Below are positions 24,294 to 33,835 of a stretch of DNA of 64,000 nucleotides, in pieces. The notes below the pieces were generated by a model, which saw only the letters and a list, made by a program, of their open reading frames with translations, had not been told where the DNA came from and searched no databases. A program made the translations under genes and the position numbers. Source of the stretch: a virus (Duplodnaviria; Caudoviricetes). Location: positions 26,461-90,460 of IMG/VR virus record IMGVR_UViG_3300014732_000001. The stretch is one strand, 5' to 3'. Within the stretch, counting starts at the first letter, position 1, and every line of letters starts with the position of its first letter.

Positions 24294-24643
24294 TTTAGTT
24301 GATTCTCTCCATTCAGGTTGTTCCAGATTTCTAAATCTCTTGCAAGACCTTCAGCACTCACCTTCACCCTCAGCGGATAATCATCTTCCTTGATATGGAA
24401 GGCTGTTCCCGCCTTTAATGCGTCTTTGTCGATTAGATTATGATTTGGGTGCTCAAGCTTGTCAATATTTTCAAGCAACCACATCGACAAACGGTCATAT
24501 GTGTTGTCAGATAGGATTGAGATGTCTCTGTGGTAATATAGGTAGCTGGCCGCAAGGTAAAAGCTTATCGCTGAGGCAGGATTAATCTTGAAAGCTTTCC
24601 TCGCGGCCTCATCATAATTCCCACCAACAATTTCAAGCTTCAC
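24290..24643 (-). CDS. stand-alone NAD-dependent DNA ligase N-terminal (Ia) subdomain-like protein
   Basis: YLYYHRDISILSDNTYDRL matches the LigA Ia motif YY..D.P.ISD.EYD.L; no adenylation domain follows. Confidence 0.65.
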   Translation of the reverse strand: MKLEIVGGNYDEAARKAFKINPASAISFYLAASYLYYHRDISILSDNTYDRLSMWLLENIDKLEHPNHNLIDKDALKAGTAFHIKEDDYPLRVKVSAEGLARDLEIWNNLNGENQLK

Positions 24644-24784
24644 TTCTTCACATCCATTTGAACAGGAATCTGTTTTGTGCTAGATGCTGTATTCTCTTCA
24701 TACAGCCTTGTCAGCCAAATGTCCAAGAAGAACAGAAGTCCTCCGAGGACGATGGAGAGGCAGATGAAGTCAATTGTTGATAGA

Positions 24785-24970
24785 TTATTTTTCATTGTCG
24801 TCATTCCACACAACATCGTAGCTACCGATCACTTCGTGAAGAGGTCTAATGTTGGTGTAAAAATCAAATTGCACCAAGAAGAACAACCCCTCACTGTTCA
24901 TAACAATCATACCGCCTTTGGCGGGTTTGTATTTGCCTGCACTCGTGTAGATTTTGAATTTCTTTCTCAT
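24785..24970 (-). CDS. hypothetical protein (start MRKKF)
   Basis: GGAGG RBS. Confidence 0.6.
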   Translation of the reverse strand: MRKKFKIYTSAGKYKPAKGGMIVMNSEGLFFLVQFDFYTNIRPLHEVIGSYDVVWNDDNEK

Positions 24971-25069
24971 ATTTTCATCCTCCATAAACAAGAAAAGGTG
25001 TTCTTCAGAATGAAGAAAAGCCACTAACCGACCTCTATGTAAAGAGAATAAGCTAGTGGCTTCTGTGTG

Positions 25070-25483
25070 TCAATCATTGTCTTCATTGAATTTGCTAATC
25101 TCAACACCGTATTTGATGAGATATTCCAATCCTTGCTTGCAGCGATATTCCTCTTTGTACACAACACGCTTCACTTTAGCTCGGACAAGCAGCTTTGAAC
25201 AGTCGATACAGGGTTGCATTGAGACGTAGACTGTTGCTCCTTTTGCACTAACCCCTTGCTCAAGGAGTTTGCCCAAAGCGTTTAGCTCAGAGTGAGTTAC
25301 TAGGGGGTTACTTACCTCCCCATCTGTCCATATCTCTTCTTGTCCTGCTGGAAACCCATTAATTCCTGTGGCCAACAGACCAGATTCAAGGAGGATGCAA
25401 CACCCCACTTGCTTTCGAGGGCATTTGCTCTCCTTGGCAACGCGGAGGGCTATATCCATATACATTTTATCCCATTTGCTCAA
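25070..25483 (-). CDS. dCMP deaminase (cytidine/deoxycytidylate deaminase family)
   Basis: SKC.RKQVGC, HSELNAL and PCIDCSK zinc motifs. Confidence 0.9.
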   Translation of the reverse strand: MSKWDKMYMDIALRVAKESKCPRKQVGCCILLESGLLATGINGFPAGQEEIWTDGEVSNPLVTHSELNALGKLLEQGVSAKGATVYVSMQPCIDCSKLLVRAKVKRVVYKEEYRCKQGLEYLIKYGVEISKFNEDND

Positions 25484-25806
25484 AACTTATCTCCATGATA
25501 GGGGCATTTCTTATTAATCACCAAATAACCTGTACCAGCCCGATCTTTGTTGTCTAAGTATGGACAAAGGCATTCGGGAAGACGAAACTGCGTAAGATGC
25601 CAATTCTTATCCATTGGAAAGTTCCAGAGCCACTGGAGAGAATATTCGACTCCTTGAAGCACTTCCAATACTTTCTCTTTGTCATCGAAGAACATATCTG
25701 GACGTGAGACAATCTGTTCACGCATCTTATGAAGCACGTCAATTGCAATACAATCTTCTTCAGACAGCCCTTGTTTCTTTGCCAGTTCTTTACTGTGCGC
25801 CATCAC
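25480..25806 (-). CDS. conserved-type phage protein (C.CP.LDN motif)
   Basis: LQWLWNFP.D.NWH...CLCPYLDN...CPYHG resembles a known myovirus family (recall). Confidence 0.75.
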   Translation of the reverse strand: MMAHSKELAKKQGLSEEDCIAIDVLHKMREQIVSRPDMFFDDKEKVLEVLQGVEYSLQWLWNFPMDKNWHLTQFRLPECLCPYLDNKDRAGTGYLVINKKCPYHGDKF

Positions 25807-25812
25807 CTTCTC

Positions 25813-26094
25813 CTATTCAAAATCATCCTGTTGAATAACATCATTCTTCAATACATCCATAAGCTCATGGAATGTCATATAGCTTTCACTGTAATTCTTT
25901 TTAAGACTTGAAGAAGGCCACCAGATTCCTCCTGTGTTAATAAGAGGCTTTCCTGTAACAGCCCCAACGAGAGAATAATAACGTGTTACTACGCCAGATG
26001 GAAGAGATTTTGTCTTACGAGAAGAAACAATGTAAAGACCATCAATCCCATCTACACGAACAGTTTCTTGGTAGTCATAAATGTAGTTGCTCAT
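25813..26094 (-). CDS. hypothetical protein
   Basis: 93 aa ORF. Confidence 0.7.
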   Translation of the reverse strand: MSNYIYDYQETVRVDGIDGLYIVSSRKTKSLPSGVVTRYYSLVGAVTGKPLINTGGIWWPSSSLKKNYSESYMTFHELMDVLKNDVIQQDDFE

Positions 26095-26405
26095 TATTTA
26101 AGCCCTTTCAATCGTGGTGCGAAACCTCTGCGCGTGTTGCTTCCTCGTACACTAACCTCTCCACTCTCTGTTCTATACTTCGTCTTAGAATCCTTTACTG
26201 TTCGAATAGTGTATTTACTGTCATAGTCCTCATTGGCCTCCTTCTGTGCAATAGCTCGATCACGGGTTAGGTAGAAGACTTTCTCACCGAGAGCATTGAT
26301 TATGTAGAAGTTTGATGGAGAGTTAATCACGAACTTCTGTTCGTCTTCCGACCAAATCTCGTACTCGTTTTCACTAACAACTACCCGCTGAATTTCTTTA
26401 TTCAT
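26094..26405 (-). CDS. hypothetical conserved-type protein
   Basis: 103 aa; FYIINALGEKVFYLTRDRAIAQ; basic C-terminus. Confidence 0.75.
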   Translation of the reverse strand: MNKEIQRVVVSENEYEIWSEDEQKFVINSPSNFYIINALGEKVFYLTRDRAIAQKEANEDYDSKYTIRTVKDSKTKYRTESGEVSVRGSNTRRGFAPRLKGLK

Positions 26406-26411
26406 TGATGG

Positions 26412-27068
26412 CTACTCCTTAATAAAACCGTAGTGGGTTAGTTCAGCTTCTTCTCTTATAAAACATGCCAACTCAAAATCACTTGTTCTGAAAATCCTCT
26501 TACCTTTAATGTGTACGTCAAAAACCCCCGGTTTGACTTCATATACACCAGTCCTGCCTGATTTGTTCGTAGAGCGTATTGTCTGATTAAAGGTTTGAAG
26601 GCTCCAATCATCTGTCCATATGCAATTATCTTTACAATAATCCCCGTTAACATCTACACGTTCAAGGGTGTGTTCATTACTCGGCTTTGGGCCCATATCT
26701 GAATAGAAGTTTTCAAAACTATCTATCCAATCTTGACACACTTTGATACCTCTCCCTCCATAGTTATTATAGTGAGCACTCTTTGGATTGTTGCAACGTG
26801 TTTTACAAGCCATCCACGACCTATATTCTGGGGAGCCACACATTCCATGCGTGGTTGGGATTGTTTTAGACATTTCTATTTTAAGACACCCACAACTTTT
26901 GGTACAACCATTCCTAAGGTTACCTCTATGTACTAAAACAGTGTTTCCGCAATCGCAAAGACATTCCCAGAACACTCTAACTGTTCCATTAGACTGTGGT
27001 AAACTCTTTGACTCAATGCAGGTCAACCTTCCAAATCTGACACCAGTTAAATTAAGCTTAGCTACCAT
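26412..27068 (-). mobile_element. HNH-type homing endonuclease with AP2-like C-terminus (own start MVAKL)
   Basis: LTGVRFGRL...CDCGN...TKSCGC, YGGRGIKVC, TLERVDVNGDYCKDNCIW, N.SGRTGV; GGGAG RBS before 27068. Confidence 0.85.
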
Positions 27069-27188
27069 TAAAATCTCCCATAGTTCTGTAGGCAGTCCAT
27101 AATATAGAAGGTCGCTGGGGGGATTAAACTCGTAGTCGCTGAAATCCTCAAAGGATACTACCGTGACCTTAACTTCTTTTTTAGTCAT
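27069..27188 (-). pseudogene. N-terminal remnant of a resident gene, in frame with the HNH
   Basis: own AAGGAG RBS and MTKKEVKVTVVSFEDFSDYEFNPPSD, unrelated to the nuclease; FNPPSD resembles INSPSN of the 26094-26405 protein. Confidence 0.4.
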
Positions 27189-27202
27189 ACTTCGACTCCT
27201 TA

Positions 27203-27496
27203 TTACAGAACAGTGTTGTCTTCAACAAAGCAAGTGAAGAGATTGTCATAGCCCGTAGACCTATCTACACGAATGCAAACAGTCTTAAGGCGATTCTCTG
27301 GCTGCTTCTTACATTTAATCTTCATGTAAAGAAATGGACAGATGTAGAAAGCTTCAAGAGCCACTTCTGATTTATATTGGAACACTCCCTTTGGTGTATA
27401 GTGTGCCACACCCACTACAGCATCGTCACGTTCTTTAAGACGACTGAATTTGTGAGGGCTTAGGTTGCAGATAAGTCCTTTCTTAATGCTTGTCAT
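27203..27496 (-). CDS. hypothetical protein (start MTSIK)
   Basis: ORF in operon; GGGGA RBS. Confidence 0.6.
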   Translation of the reverse strand: MTSIKKGLICNLSPHKFSRLKERDDAVVGVAHYTPKGVFQYKSEVALEAFYICPFLYMKIKCKKQPENRLKTVCIRVDRSTGYDNLFTCFVEDNTVL

Positions 27497-27510
27497 TTTA
27501 TATCCCCCAT

Positions 27511-27780
27511 TCACCACTTAACTAGAGTGTACATGTTTACAAACTGACGCTCCTCATAGAAAAATTCTACATCAAACCCTAAATCCGTTAGCTTCTTACA
27601 AGCAAGCTTCCATGCTTCCGTACGGCTGTATCCTCCTCTTGTCCAGAAATCAGAATGTAGCGCTGCCGTATGTTGCTTCTTCTCTGCTTGTTCTTTGATT
27701 ACCTTCAAAGCTTCTTCAACATGATCGTCTACAGATAGGCCTGCTAATTTTCGAGCATCTTCGGCTGTGAATTTATTCAT
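27511..27780 (-). CDS. hypothetical conserved-type protein
   Basis: 89 aa, GGAGGAGG RBS. Confidence 0.8.
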   Translation of the reverse strand: MNKFTAEDARKLAGLSVDDHVEEALKVIKEQAEKKQHTAALHSDFWTRGGYSRTEAWKLACKKLTDLGFDVEFFYEERQFVNMYTLVKW

Positions 27781-27796
27781 TTAATCCTCCTCCTAT

Positions 27797-28444
27797 CTAG
27801 TCCCACCAACTCTGTGATTTACGGGCAAACATCTTACCAATCAATTCTAAGTCATTCTTCTTATTGGATGCAATAATTTTATAAAAACTTTTACTTTTGT
27901 AAGCTGGCAGGGTGTTTGGTTTTTGTTCAAAACCGTATCCACCAAACAATCCACGTTCGCTGGTCTTCTTAAGCTCAATCTTGTCATCCGTATAATTGTC
28001 TTCGTTGACACGATGCAAGAGTTCAGCAAAAACTTTAAGCTCTTTTGCAGTTTCCTCTGAACGCATAAGGTGTCCATACTCTTTGTGACAACGCGACATA
28101 TCCCTTGCACAAGTTTCCATGAACTGAAACATTCCATGATAGTCCCAAGAACGATATCCCCACAGGGCTTTTCGGAAAAGCCACAGGTTACGCAGAAACT
28201 TCCAGATGGTTGCTGTTTTAAAAGACCACCACAGATCGCTCGGAAAGAGAATGATATTCTGAAATTTATCAAATCCGGTATCCGTTAGCCAATGGATGAT
28301 TGGTGCTTTCTGCTTACAAATTTCTTCGTGGTCGTCCCACCCTTCCCAAGTAAGTGCTCGTGGATTGGTCAATCCGAAATATTCACGAATTTTTAGTGAC
28401 AGCTTGCTGCTACTCCAATAGTTTGCTCTGGTACGCCGAATCAT
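27797..28444 (-). CDS. hypothetical aromatic-rich protein
   Basis: 215 aa, AAGGAG RBS, own promoter. Confidence 0.8.
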   Translation of the reverse strand: MIRRTRANYWSSSKLSLKIREYFGLTNPRALTWEGWDDHEEICKQKAPIIHWLTDTGFDKFQNIILFPSDLWWSFKTATIWKFLRNLWLFRKALWGYRSWDYHGMFQFMETCARDMSRCHKEYGHLMRSEETAKELKVFAELLHRVNEDNYTDDKIELKKTSERGLFGGYGFEQKPNTLPAYKSKSFYKIIASNKKNDLELIGKMFARKSQSWWD

Positions 28445-28470
28445 TATTTAGTCTCCTTGTTTGTGTTGAT

Positions 28471-28505
28471 GGGGCTAGAATAAATCAGGCTAGCCCCTGT
28501 GTCAA
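28471..28505 (-). promoter_or_regulatory. promoter overlapping a terminator-like hairpin
   Basis: TTGACA-17-TATTCT, then AGCCCCATC, containing GGGGCTAG/CTAGCCCC inverted repeat. Confidence 0.7.
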
Positions 28506-28512
28506 CAATATT

Positions 28513-29265
28513 TTACCCAACATCTTCCGGTTTTTGATTGGAAGGTGTGTCCTTTGGTTTACGTTCAGCAGCTTTCCGAGCCTTAGCTTCTTTCTTAGCT
28601 TTCTCTGCTTCGTGAGCAGCGAGAGCTTTTTTGGCAGCTTCGAACATCATGTTTTCAATGGATGGTGGTGGCTCGTAACCTTCCATTTCTTCGTTCTCAC
28701 GCTCGGTACGCACCTTGTCAAAGTTTTCCAACCGCTCCATCACCTCGTCTGAATCAAGATAGATGTCGGTCCCGGTCAGAATAGCTTCGATTTCTTCTGG
28801 GTGCAAGAAGTTTGCATACTCTTCCCTGATACGTTTATGAGTTTGCTTACGAAGAAACTGAGCAGCCTCATACGTCTCGCATTCTTTTCCGTAGTTTCCC
28901 CCAGAAACTGTGTGGCTAAACCACTCAGCGTACTTACTCACACCCCAAGTGTCGCACGCCAGAAATACGAACGTTGCCATACTCCCGCAATCATGTTCAA
29001 TAAACCCAACCACACACGCTTCGCTTTCTTGAATAGCGTTGATGATTTGGTTGCCGCTTCTCACTTGACCGCCGCCCGAATTAATACGAATAACGAAGTG
29101 ATCTTCCTGACGAGCAGCACGGAGTGCATGACACAACTCAATATATTCATCGGGGTTGCCTATAGAACCAACAAGATAGTATTCGTACAGAACATGGTCA
29201 CCACAATCTGTTGAGATTAGTTTGTTGGGTTGCATCAACGGAAACATCTTGATTTCATCTTCCAT
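28513..29265 (-). CDS. ClpP-like serine protease (Clp protease proteolytic subunit family)
   Basis: IRINSGGG, DCGSMAT (catalytic Ser), FSH (catalytic His), TDIYL. Confidence 0.85.
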   Translation of the reverse strand: MEDEIKMFPLMQPNKLISTDCGDHVLYEYYLVGSIGNPDEYIELCHALRAARQEDHFVIRINSGGGQVRSGNQIINAIQESEACVVGFIEHDCGSMATFVFLACDTWGVSKYAEWFSHTVSGGNYGKECETYEAAQFLRKQTHKRIREEYANFLHPEEIEAILTGTDIYLDSDEVMERLENFDKVRTERENEEMEGYEPPPSIENMMFEAAKKALAAHEAEKAKKEAKARKAAERKPKDTPSNQKPEDVG

Positions 29266-29268
29266 TCT

Positions 29269-30087
29269 TTACTCCTTAATGTGTGAGCGGTATTTTTGCT
29301 CTGCGTCTTCTCTTGCCTTAACTGCATCGTCGAAATTCTCAAACAGACCGAGGTATATAGCAGTATTATCCACATATATAGTAGATACCCATTTTTGGTG
29401 CTTACTGTTGAAGCTTACACCAGCTCTCCCGGATGTATTGTTTGAGAACAATCCCTTGTTTATCGCTTGTAACGGAGGGCTTGCCCACCTACAATTCTCC
29501 TTGCAGTAGTCTCCATCTGGGTCTGTTCGATCAATGGAATAACCCTCTGGACACGGACCCATATCTTCGTAGAACTTTACAAATGAAGACCTCCACTCGG
29601 AACTTACATCAATCCCTTTGTCATAATACCACTTCCTGGTGCTCTCATATGGACTAGACGTTCTGGCAATAATTCCCGCCCATACCTTGTACTCCTTAGA
29701 ATTACTAAGTCCGTGATCTTCCCTGCGACTTCCCCTCTTGTTTTCCAAAGAGCAACCACAACTTTTCGTACTCCCGTTTCGGAGATGGCCTGCTTCTACA
29801 TCTTTTATCTCTCCGCAAGAACATCTTACTGTATAAAAAGCAGATTTACCCCTACTGGGAGCTTTATCTATCACAGTTAACTTACCAAACACATCACCAT
29901 TAGATAATGGCTTACCAAGAGGTTTCTTCGTGCATGAACAAGTAACTTTTGCTATATAGTCCGACCTAACTTTTTCCAGAAAGTCTCCACAAACTTTACA
30001 CTCAGCAGAGAAAAACTTCCTACCTTTCTCTGTGAAAGTGCTTTGTATTTCCCACTTACCTATCTGCTTGATAGTCATTATCACCAA
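29269..30087 (-). mobile_element. HNH-type homing endonuclease with AP2-like C-terminus
   Basis: VFGKLTV...CSCG...TKSCGC, YSIDRTDPDGDYCKENCRWA, NNTSGRAGV...YLGLFENFDDAVKAR. Confidence 0.85.
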
Positions 30088-30854
30088 GTACCTTGTTGTT
30101 CAAACACGTTCGCCAAGTGCCCCGCAATACCACTTCGGCAGTTATCTTTCGGAGTAAATCTAATAATTTCTGCATCCTCGTGTGGGTAAGCAGAGAGAAC
30201 GTTTTCCAACACCTGCAAACCATTCTCGCCTTTCAGTGGGCTCTGGGTTTTGTCTCCTGCACATATCAGCAAAGCGCCCTCCTCAGCCCTCGTAACAAGA
30301 GCTTTGACTTGAGCAGGAGTACACCCCTGTACTTCATCAGCCAGAATAATTGTTCGGTCGTCGAAAGACAACCCCTGTATCTTCTCCACCGGGACAATAC
30401 TAATTCCACTTACTTCATTGAAGAGGCTTTCCATAATCTCCATACGGAAGTTATTTTTAAGGATACCGGAACCTAAATACTTCTTAAACTTCATCATCAT
30501 ACTCATGCAGAAGGGCAGAAGCTTCAACGTGTCATTCCCAGTGACCGCACCATAGTCGTTACCGAGGTGTTGGTGTGGGCGAGTGATTACGATGTTGTCA
30601 ATCTTACCTTCAAGCCAAAGTTTGCTAGCATACCAGCACATGATTTCTGACTTCCCGGCACCTGCACTGCCACTAAGAACCACCAGTTGCTTCTCTTCAA
30701 AAGCTTTTAGTGCCCTCCGCTGAGCATCATTTTTTGCAACGAGCGGGATAATCCGCCGTGACTCTTCAAACTTCCCCTCAATGACACGACCAGTCTCTTC
30801 TTTCTTAGTGTTCCGTGCCTCTCGCACTGCCGCTTGATTTCGCTTCGCCATCAC
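30081..30854 (-). CDS. phoH: PhoH-like ATPase
   Basis: N.AQ...L..., LSGSAGAGKS Walker A, ITRP, ILADEVQ, GD..Q, DNCRSGI. Confidence 0.9.
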   Translation of the reverse strand: MMAKRNQAAVREARNTKKEETGRVIEGKFEESRRIIPLVAKNDAQRRALKAFEEKQLVVLSGSAGAGKSEIMCWYASKLWLEGKIDNIVITRPHQHLGNDYGAVTGNDTLKLLPFCMSMMMKFKKYLGSGILKNNFRMEIMESLFNEVSGISIVPVEKIQGLSFDDRTIILADEVQGCTPAQVKALVTRAEEGALLICAGDKTQSPLKGENGLQVLENVLSAYPHEDAEIIRFTPKDNCRSGIAGHLANVFEQQGTW

Positions 30855-31045
30855 ATTTCCCCTTCTGTATGAAAAACAGCATCAAATGTTTCTTCTACGG
30901 ACAAGCCAGAAATGAATGTCTGTAAGACATCACTACGCATACGTGACACATCAGAGAAATCTAGTCCTTGAAGATATGCATAATTTTCCACTTCTTTGTA
31001 GAAGTCAACAAAATGTGATTCTTTATAAATATTTTTATTGCTCAA
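30851..31045 (-). CDS. hypothetical protein
   Basis: 64 aa, AAGGAG RBS. Confidence 0.65.
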   Translation of the reverse strand: MSNKNIYKESHFVDFYKEVENYAYLQGLDFSDVSRMRSDVLQTFISGLSVEETFDAVFHTEGEM

Positions 31046-31057
31046 TTCTTTTTCTCC

Positions 31058-31192
31058 TTACACAAAACTAATACTAATATGACTAAACACCCAAATCAAA
31101 CTTTCAATGACTCCCCAACCAACGATGGCTGAAATGATGCAAGCCACGATAATAAAAGCTCCCGCAGCATCTGCTATGCCTTTTCCCCACAT
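31058..31192 (-). CDS. small membrane peptide, 44 aa (not in ORF track)
   Basis: hydrophobic AFIIVACIISAIVGWGVIESLIWVF; GGAGGAG RBS. Confidence 0.6.
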   Translation of the reverse strand: MWGKGIADAAGAFIIVACIISAIVGWGVIESLIWVFSHISISFV

Positions 31193-31193
31193 A

Positions 31194-31427
31194 TTAGTTC
31201 TCCTCCAAAATCAAATGATACAAATTCCTATCTTTGAGAATCTTACTAAGCTTCATATTCTCTTCGATTAGCATTTTACGCTCTCCAATCGTAACTTGCA
31301 ACAAAAACTCCAAGGTTTTTGTGTAGTTGCACATATTTAAATCATCACGTAGAAGGATGCTCTGAATCGTACCAGACTGAGAGTGTGGGTCAAGCTGTTT
31401 GATGAAGTCAATCTGCTGCGTGTTCAA
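31194..31427 (-). CDS. hypothetical protein
   Basis: 77 aa ORF. Confidence 0.65.
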   Translation of the reverse strand: MNTQQIDFIKQLDPHSQSGTIQSILLRDDLNMCNYTKTLEFLLQVTIGERKMLIEENMKLSKILKDRNLYHLILEEN

Positions 31428-31672
31428 GAGTCTTTTCCTCGCCTGTATTCAAATTTAGCACCGTTGTTACAATAGGCAATTGCTTCCCCAGTAATATCAA
31501 AAGAATACCGCTTCATTCCGCCATTATATTTGCACTTTTCAACAGCAATCACCAGTTCTTTTTCATCTATATCTGCATTCAGATTAAGTGCCATCATCAG
31601 ACCGATGACAGGTCCAATAACCAACCCTGCGAAAAAGTCACTCATCCTTCTCATCTCCTCTCTTAATTTCAT
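31424..31672 (-). CDS. small membrane-anchored protein with C..NGG motif
   Basis: N-terminal TM helix, then CKYNGG...YCNNGA. Confidence 0.65.
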   Translation of the reverse strand: MKLREEMRRMSDFFAGLVIGPVIGLMMALNLNADIDEKELVIAVEKCKYNGGMKRYSFDITGEAIAYCNNGAKFEYRRGKDS

Positions 31673-31774
31673 AAAGAAGCTTTATAAGCTCATCATCACG
31701 CCTTGTTCGTATTTCAATATGTCCATATAGCTTTAAGACAGCTTCAACTACAATTGCAAGCTTTTCCTCTTGTG

Positions 31775-32131
31775 TCAATTTACAAATTCTCCTGTTTTAA
31801 TGGCTAACCACTTCGGTGTTGCACTAAACTCTAGTGCTTTTACAGTGAATAGGTGTTCAACAAAGCAAAAATCATCTGAGTAGTGAGCTTTAACATCTTC
31901 TGCTGACTTAAAGAACCCATCGAGCATCTTCACTACTTGACAGTAGCACGTTTCCTGATTATTAATCAACACCCAACGATAGTATAGCGTGTTGTTCTCA
32001 TGCAACCAACCAACGCCATCGCACAAACTGCAACGAATAGGCCCGATTGCATCATATCCGTGCTCTGCAAAGCCGTGATTGTAGAACCCCTCAATACCAG
32101 TACCAGAGCATTTGTAACACTCAATGTTCAT
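31775..32131 (-). CDS. hypothetical protein with DnaJ-type zinc-finger repeats
   Basis: CYKCSGTG and CSLCDGVG (CxxCxGxG). Confidence 0.7.
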   Translation of the reverse strand: MNIECYKCSGTGIEGFYNHGFAEHGYDAIGPIRCSLCDGVGWLHENNTLYYRWVLINNQETCYCQVVKMLDGFFKSAEDVKAHYSDDFCFVEHLFTVKALEFSATPKWLAIKTGEFVN

Positions 32132-32505
32132 TTCTTCTCCTTGTAATGTTCCAAGAACAACCCTACTTCTTCGACAGCACTCATCTGTGGGTTCATATTA
32201 GCAAGTTGTTTCAGTGTTGTGCAACCACAATCTGCAAGATATTCCTTGATATCCACTCCAAGATGCTTAGCAGCTCGCTTCAAATATTTAGTATCAGTGT
32301 TAGGAATATAACTGGCGGGCATACGCAGGCCATATTCTTTTGCCAATGAGCGATGGTAATTCTCATCTGCATAATTCTGACGAAGAGATTCACCAGCTTT
32401 CTTTTTCTCTTCACGTTTAGCTTTGGCCTTCTCAAGCATCAAAGCTCTGTCTTCTTGACTTATGTTTTTAAGGTAGTCTTTGTTCATATTCTCCTCCGTT
32501 CGCAA
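32128..32505 (-). CDS. hypothetical basic protein
   Basis: 125 aa, GGAGGAG RBS. Confidence 0.75.
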   Translation of the reverse strand: MRTEENMNKDYLKNISQEDRALMLEKAKAKREEKKKAGESLRQNYADENYHRSLAKEYGLRMPASYIPNTDTKYLKRAAKHLGVDIKEYLADCGCTTLKQLANMNPQMSAVEEVGLFLEHYKEKK

Positions 32506-32578
32506 GTGTTTCGGGGTGAAACCGTAGCGTTGATTTACACCCCTATTTTTAACGCTAAAGATGGCCTTTCAGGTTATC

Positions 32579-33016
32579 TCAGACCCAATCTACAGACGTA
32601 ATTGTATCGGCTACAGCAGGAACAATATCTTTTGTCTCTACATCTCCAGAAACAGGGTCTGTTACAGTGACACGGAAGAAATCTGCACCACCGTAGCTGC
32701 TTCCGTATCCTGTCCCATCTAGACGCTCCAGCACAGCAGAGTATTTATCAAAGACAGCCTTAAGTTCATTCAGAAACAAGCGCATCGCATTTAGCTCTGG
32801 TTCCTCCGTTCCATCTGTAATAGCTTGCAGAGCTTGCTCGACCCAACTGAGGACAGTACCCAGATTAACAAGAATTGCATCCATGGCGACATCCACATCG
32901 TCTGGAATTACAACACCCTCATCTTCTACCAAGCTGACTTTATCCATCATATCAAGCAGACCAGTACGCAGTGCTGTAGCATCAGCTTTAATTGAATTCA
33001 GTGTTTCAATTGTCAT
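32579..33016 (-). CDS. hypothetical acidic helical protein
   Basis: 145 aa, AAGGAG RBS. Confidence 0.75.
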   Translation of the reverse strand: MTIETLNSIKADATALRTGLLDMMDKVSLVEDEGVVIPDDVDVAMDAILVNLGTVLSWVEQALQAITDGTEEPELNAMRLFLNELKAVFDKYSAVLERLDGTGYGSSYGGADFFRVTVTDPVSGDVETKDIVPAVADTITSVDWV

Positions 33017-33224
33017 TCGTTTTCTCCTTTACTCGTTCTTCTATCATAGACCAAACCTTTTCATATTCTGGCCAATCATTCTCGACTACTACACAGTCTA
33101 TAGTCGGTAATGCGTAACCATCTGGTCCGCTCACGTTCAGCAGCTCATTAAGCCTGCTCAATTGTTTGTCGTCCAGCTTCGATATCTTAAATACTACATA
33201 CCGCATTTCTCGTTTAAAACTCAT
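33006..33224 (-). CDS. hypothetical conserved-type protein
   Basis: FKRE.RY.VFK...C.VVE.DWPEYE.VW.MIE resembles a common Pseudomonas-phage family (recall). Confidence 0.75.
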   Translation of the reverse strand: MSFKREMRYVVFKISKLDDKQLSRLNELLNVSGPDGYALPTIDCVVVENDWPEYEKVWSMIEERVKEKTNDN

Positions 33225-33376
33225 TTCAATTCCTCCAATGTCTTTTCAACAGGTGTTCCAACGATGTAGAGCCTCATTATGTCTGAGTATTCTTTCTGCG
33301 TCAAGGGGCGTTCAAGCTTTTCTTTTAGCTGCCTCAGATACCACTCCCACCCGCCTTCTGTGAGATGTTCTTTCAT
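33221..33376 (-). CDS. hypothetical protein (start MKEHL)
   Basis: ATGA overlap with the upstream gene. Confidence 0.6.
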   Translation of the reverse strand: MKEHLTEGGWEWYLRQLKEKLERPLTQKEYSDIMRLYIVGTPVEKTLEELK

Positions 33377-33555
33377 TGGATAAACACCTCGTAAACACAT
33401 TGATCCGTGTAAGGGTCCCACCGAATAATGTCTTGTTCTACACTGGAACAGACACTCCACTTATCACCAAAATACGGATCATAACCATCGTAACAATTCA
33501 CAACAGCTTCTTGATCCATCTCTTGCAGCTTTTCAATCAGTTCTTTCACTTTCAT
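33373..33555 (-). CDS. hypothetical protein (MKVKELIEKL type)
   Basis: 60 aa, common N-terminal motif. Confidence 0.7.
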   Translation of the reverse strand: MKVKELIEKLQEMDQEAVVNCYDGYDPYFGDKWSVCSSVEQDIIRWDPYTDQCVYEVFIQ

Positions 33556-33737
33556 TTCAACCCACTCCTCTCCAGAAGGACTGCAATTGTCTCTTTCGTA
33601 AATTCACTGTCTGAATGGTGTCCAAACCATTCACAAGCGTTTACAACACCGAACTCACGAATCATATTCTCAAACACATCAGCAAAGCACTTAACCTCTA
33701 CAGGAGGAATTGCTTTGGGTAGTCCGTAATCTTTCAT
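33552..33737 (-). CDS. hypothetical protein, first gene of the leftward operon (start MKDYG)
   Basis: GAGGAG RBS; promoter upstream. Confidence 0.65.
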   Translation of the reverse strand: MKDYGLPKAIPPVEVKCFADVFENMIREFGVVNACEWFGHHSDSEFTKETIAVLLERSGLK

Positions 33738-33770
33738 TTCAACTCTCCTCTTTATTGAACAGCTAGGAGA

Positions 33771-33800
33771 AGAATACATCCCCTTACTCCTGCACGTCAA
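33771..33800 (-). promoter_or_regulatory. leftward sigma70-type promoter
   Basis: TTGACG-18-TATTCT. Confidence 0.65.
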
Positions 33801-33835
33801 GCAATTTCTTTAAGAAAATTTATTTGTTTTGTGTG

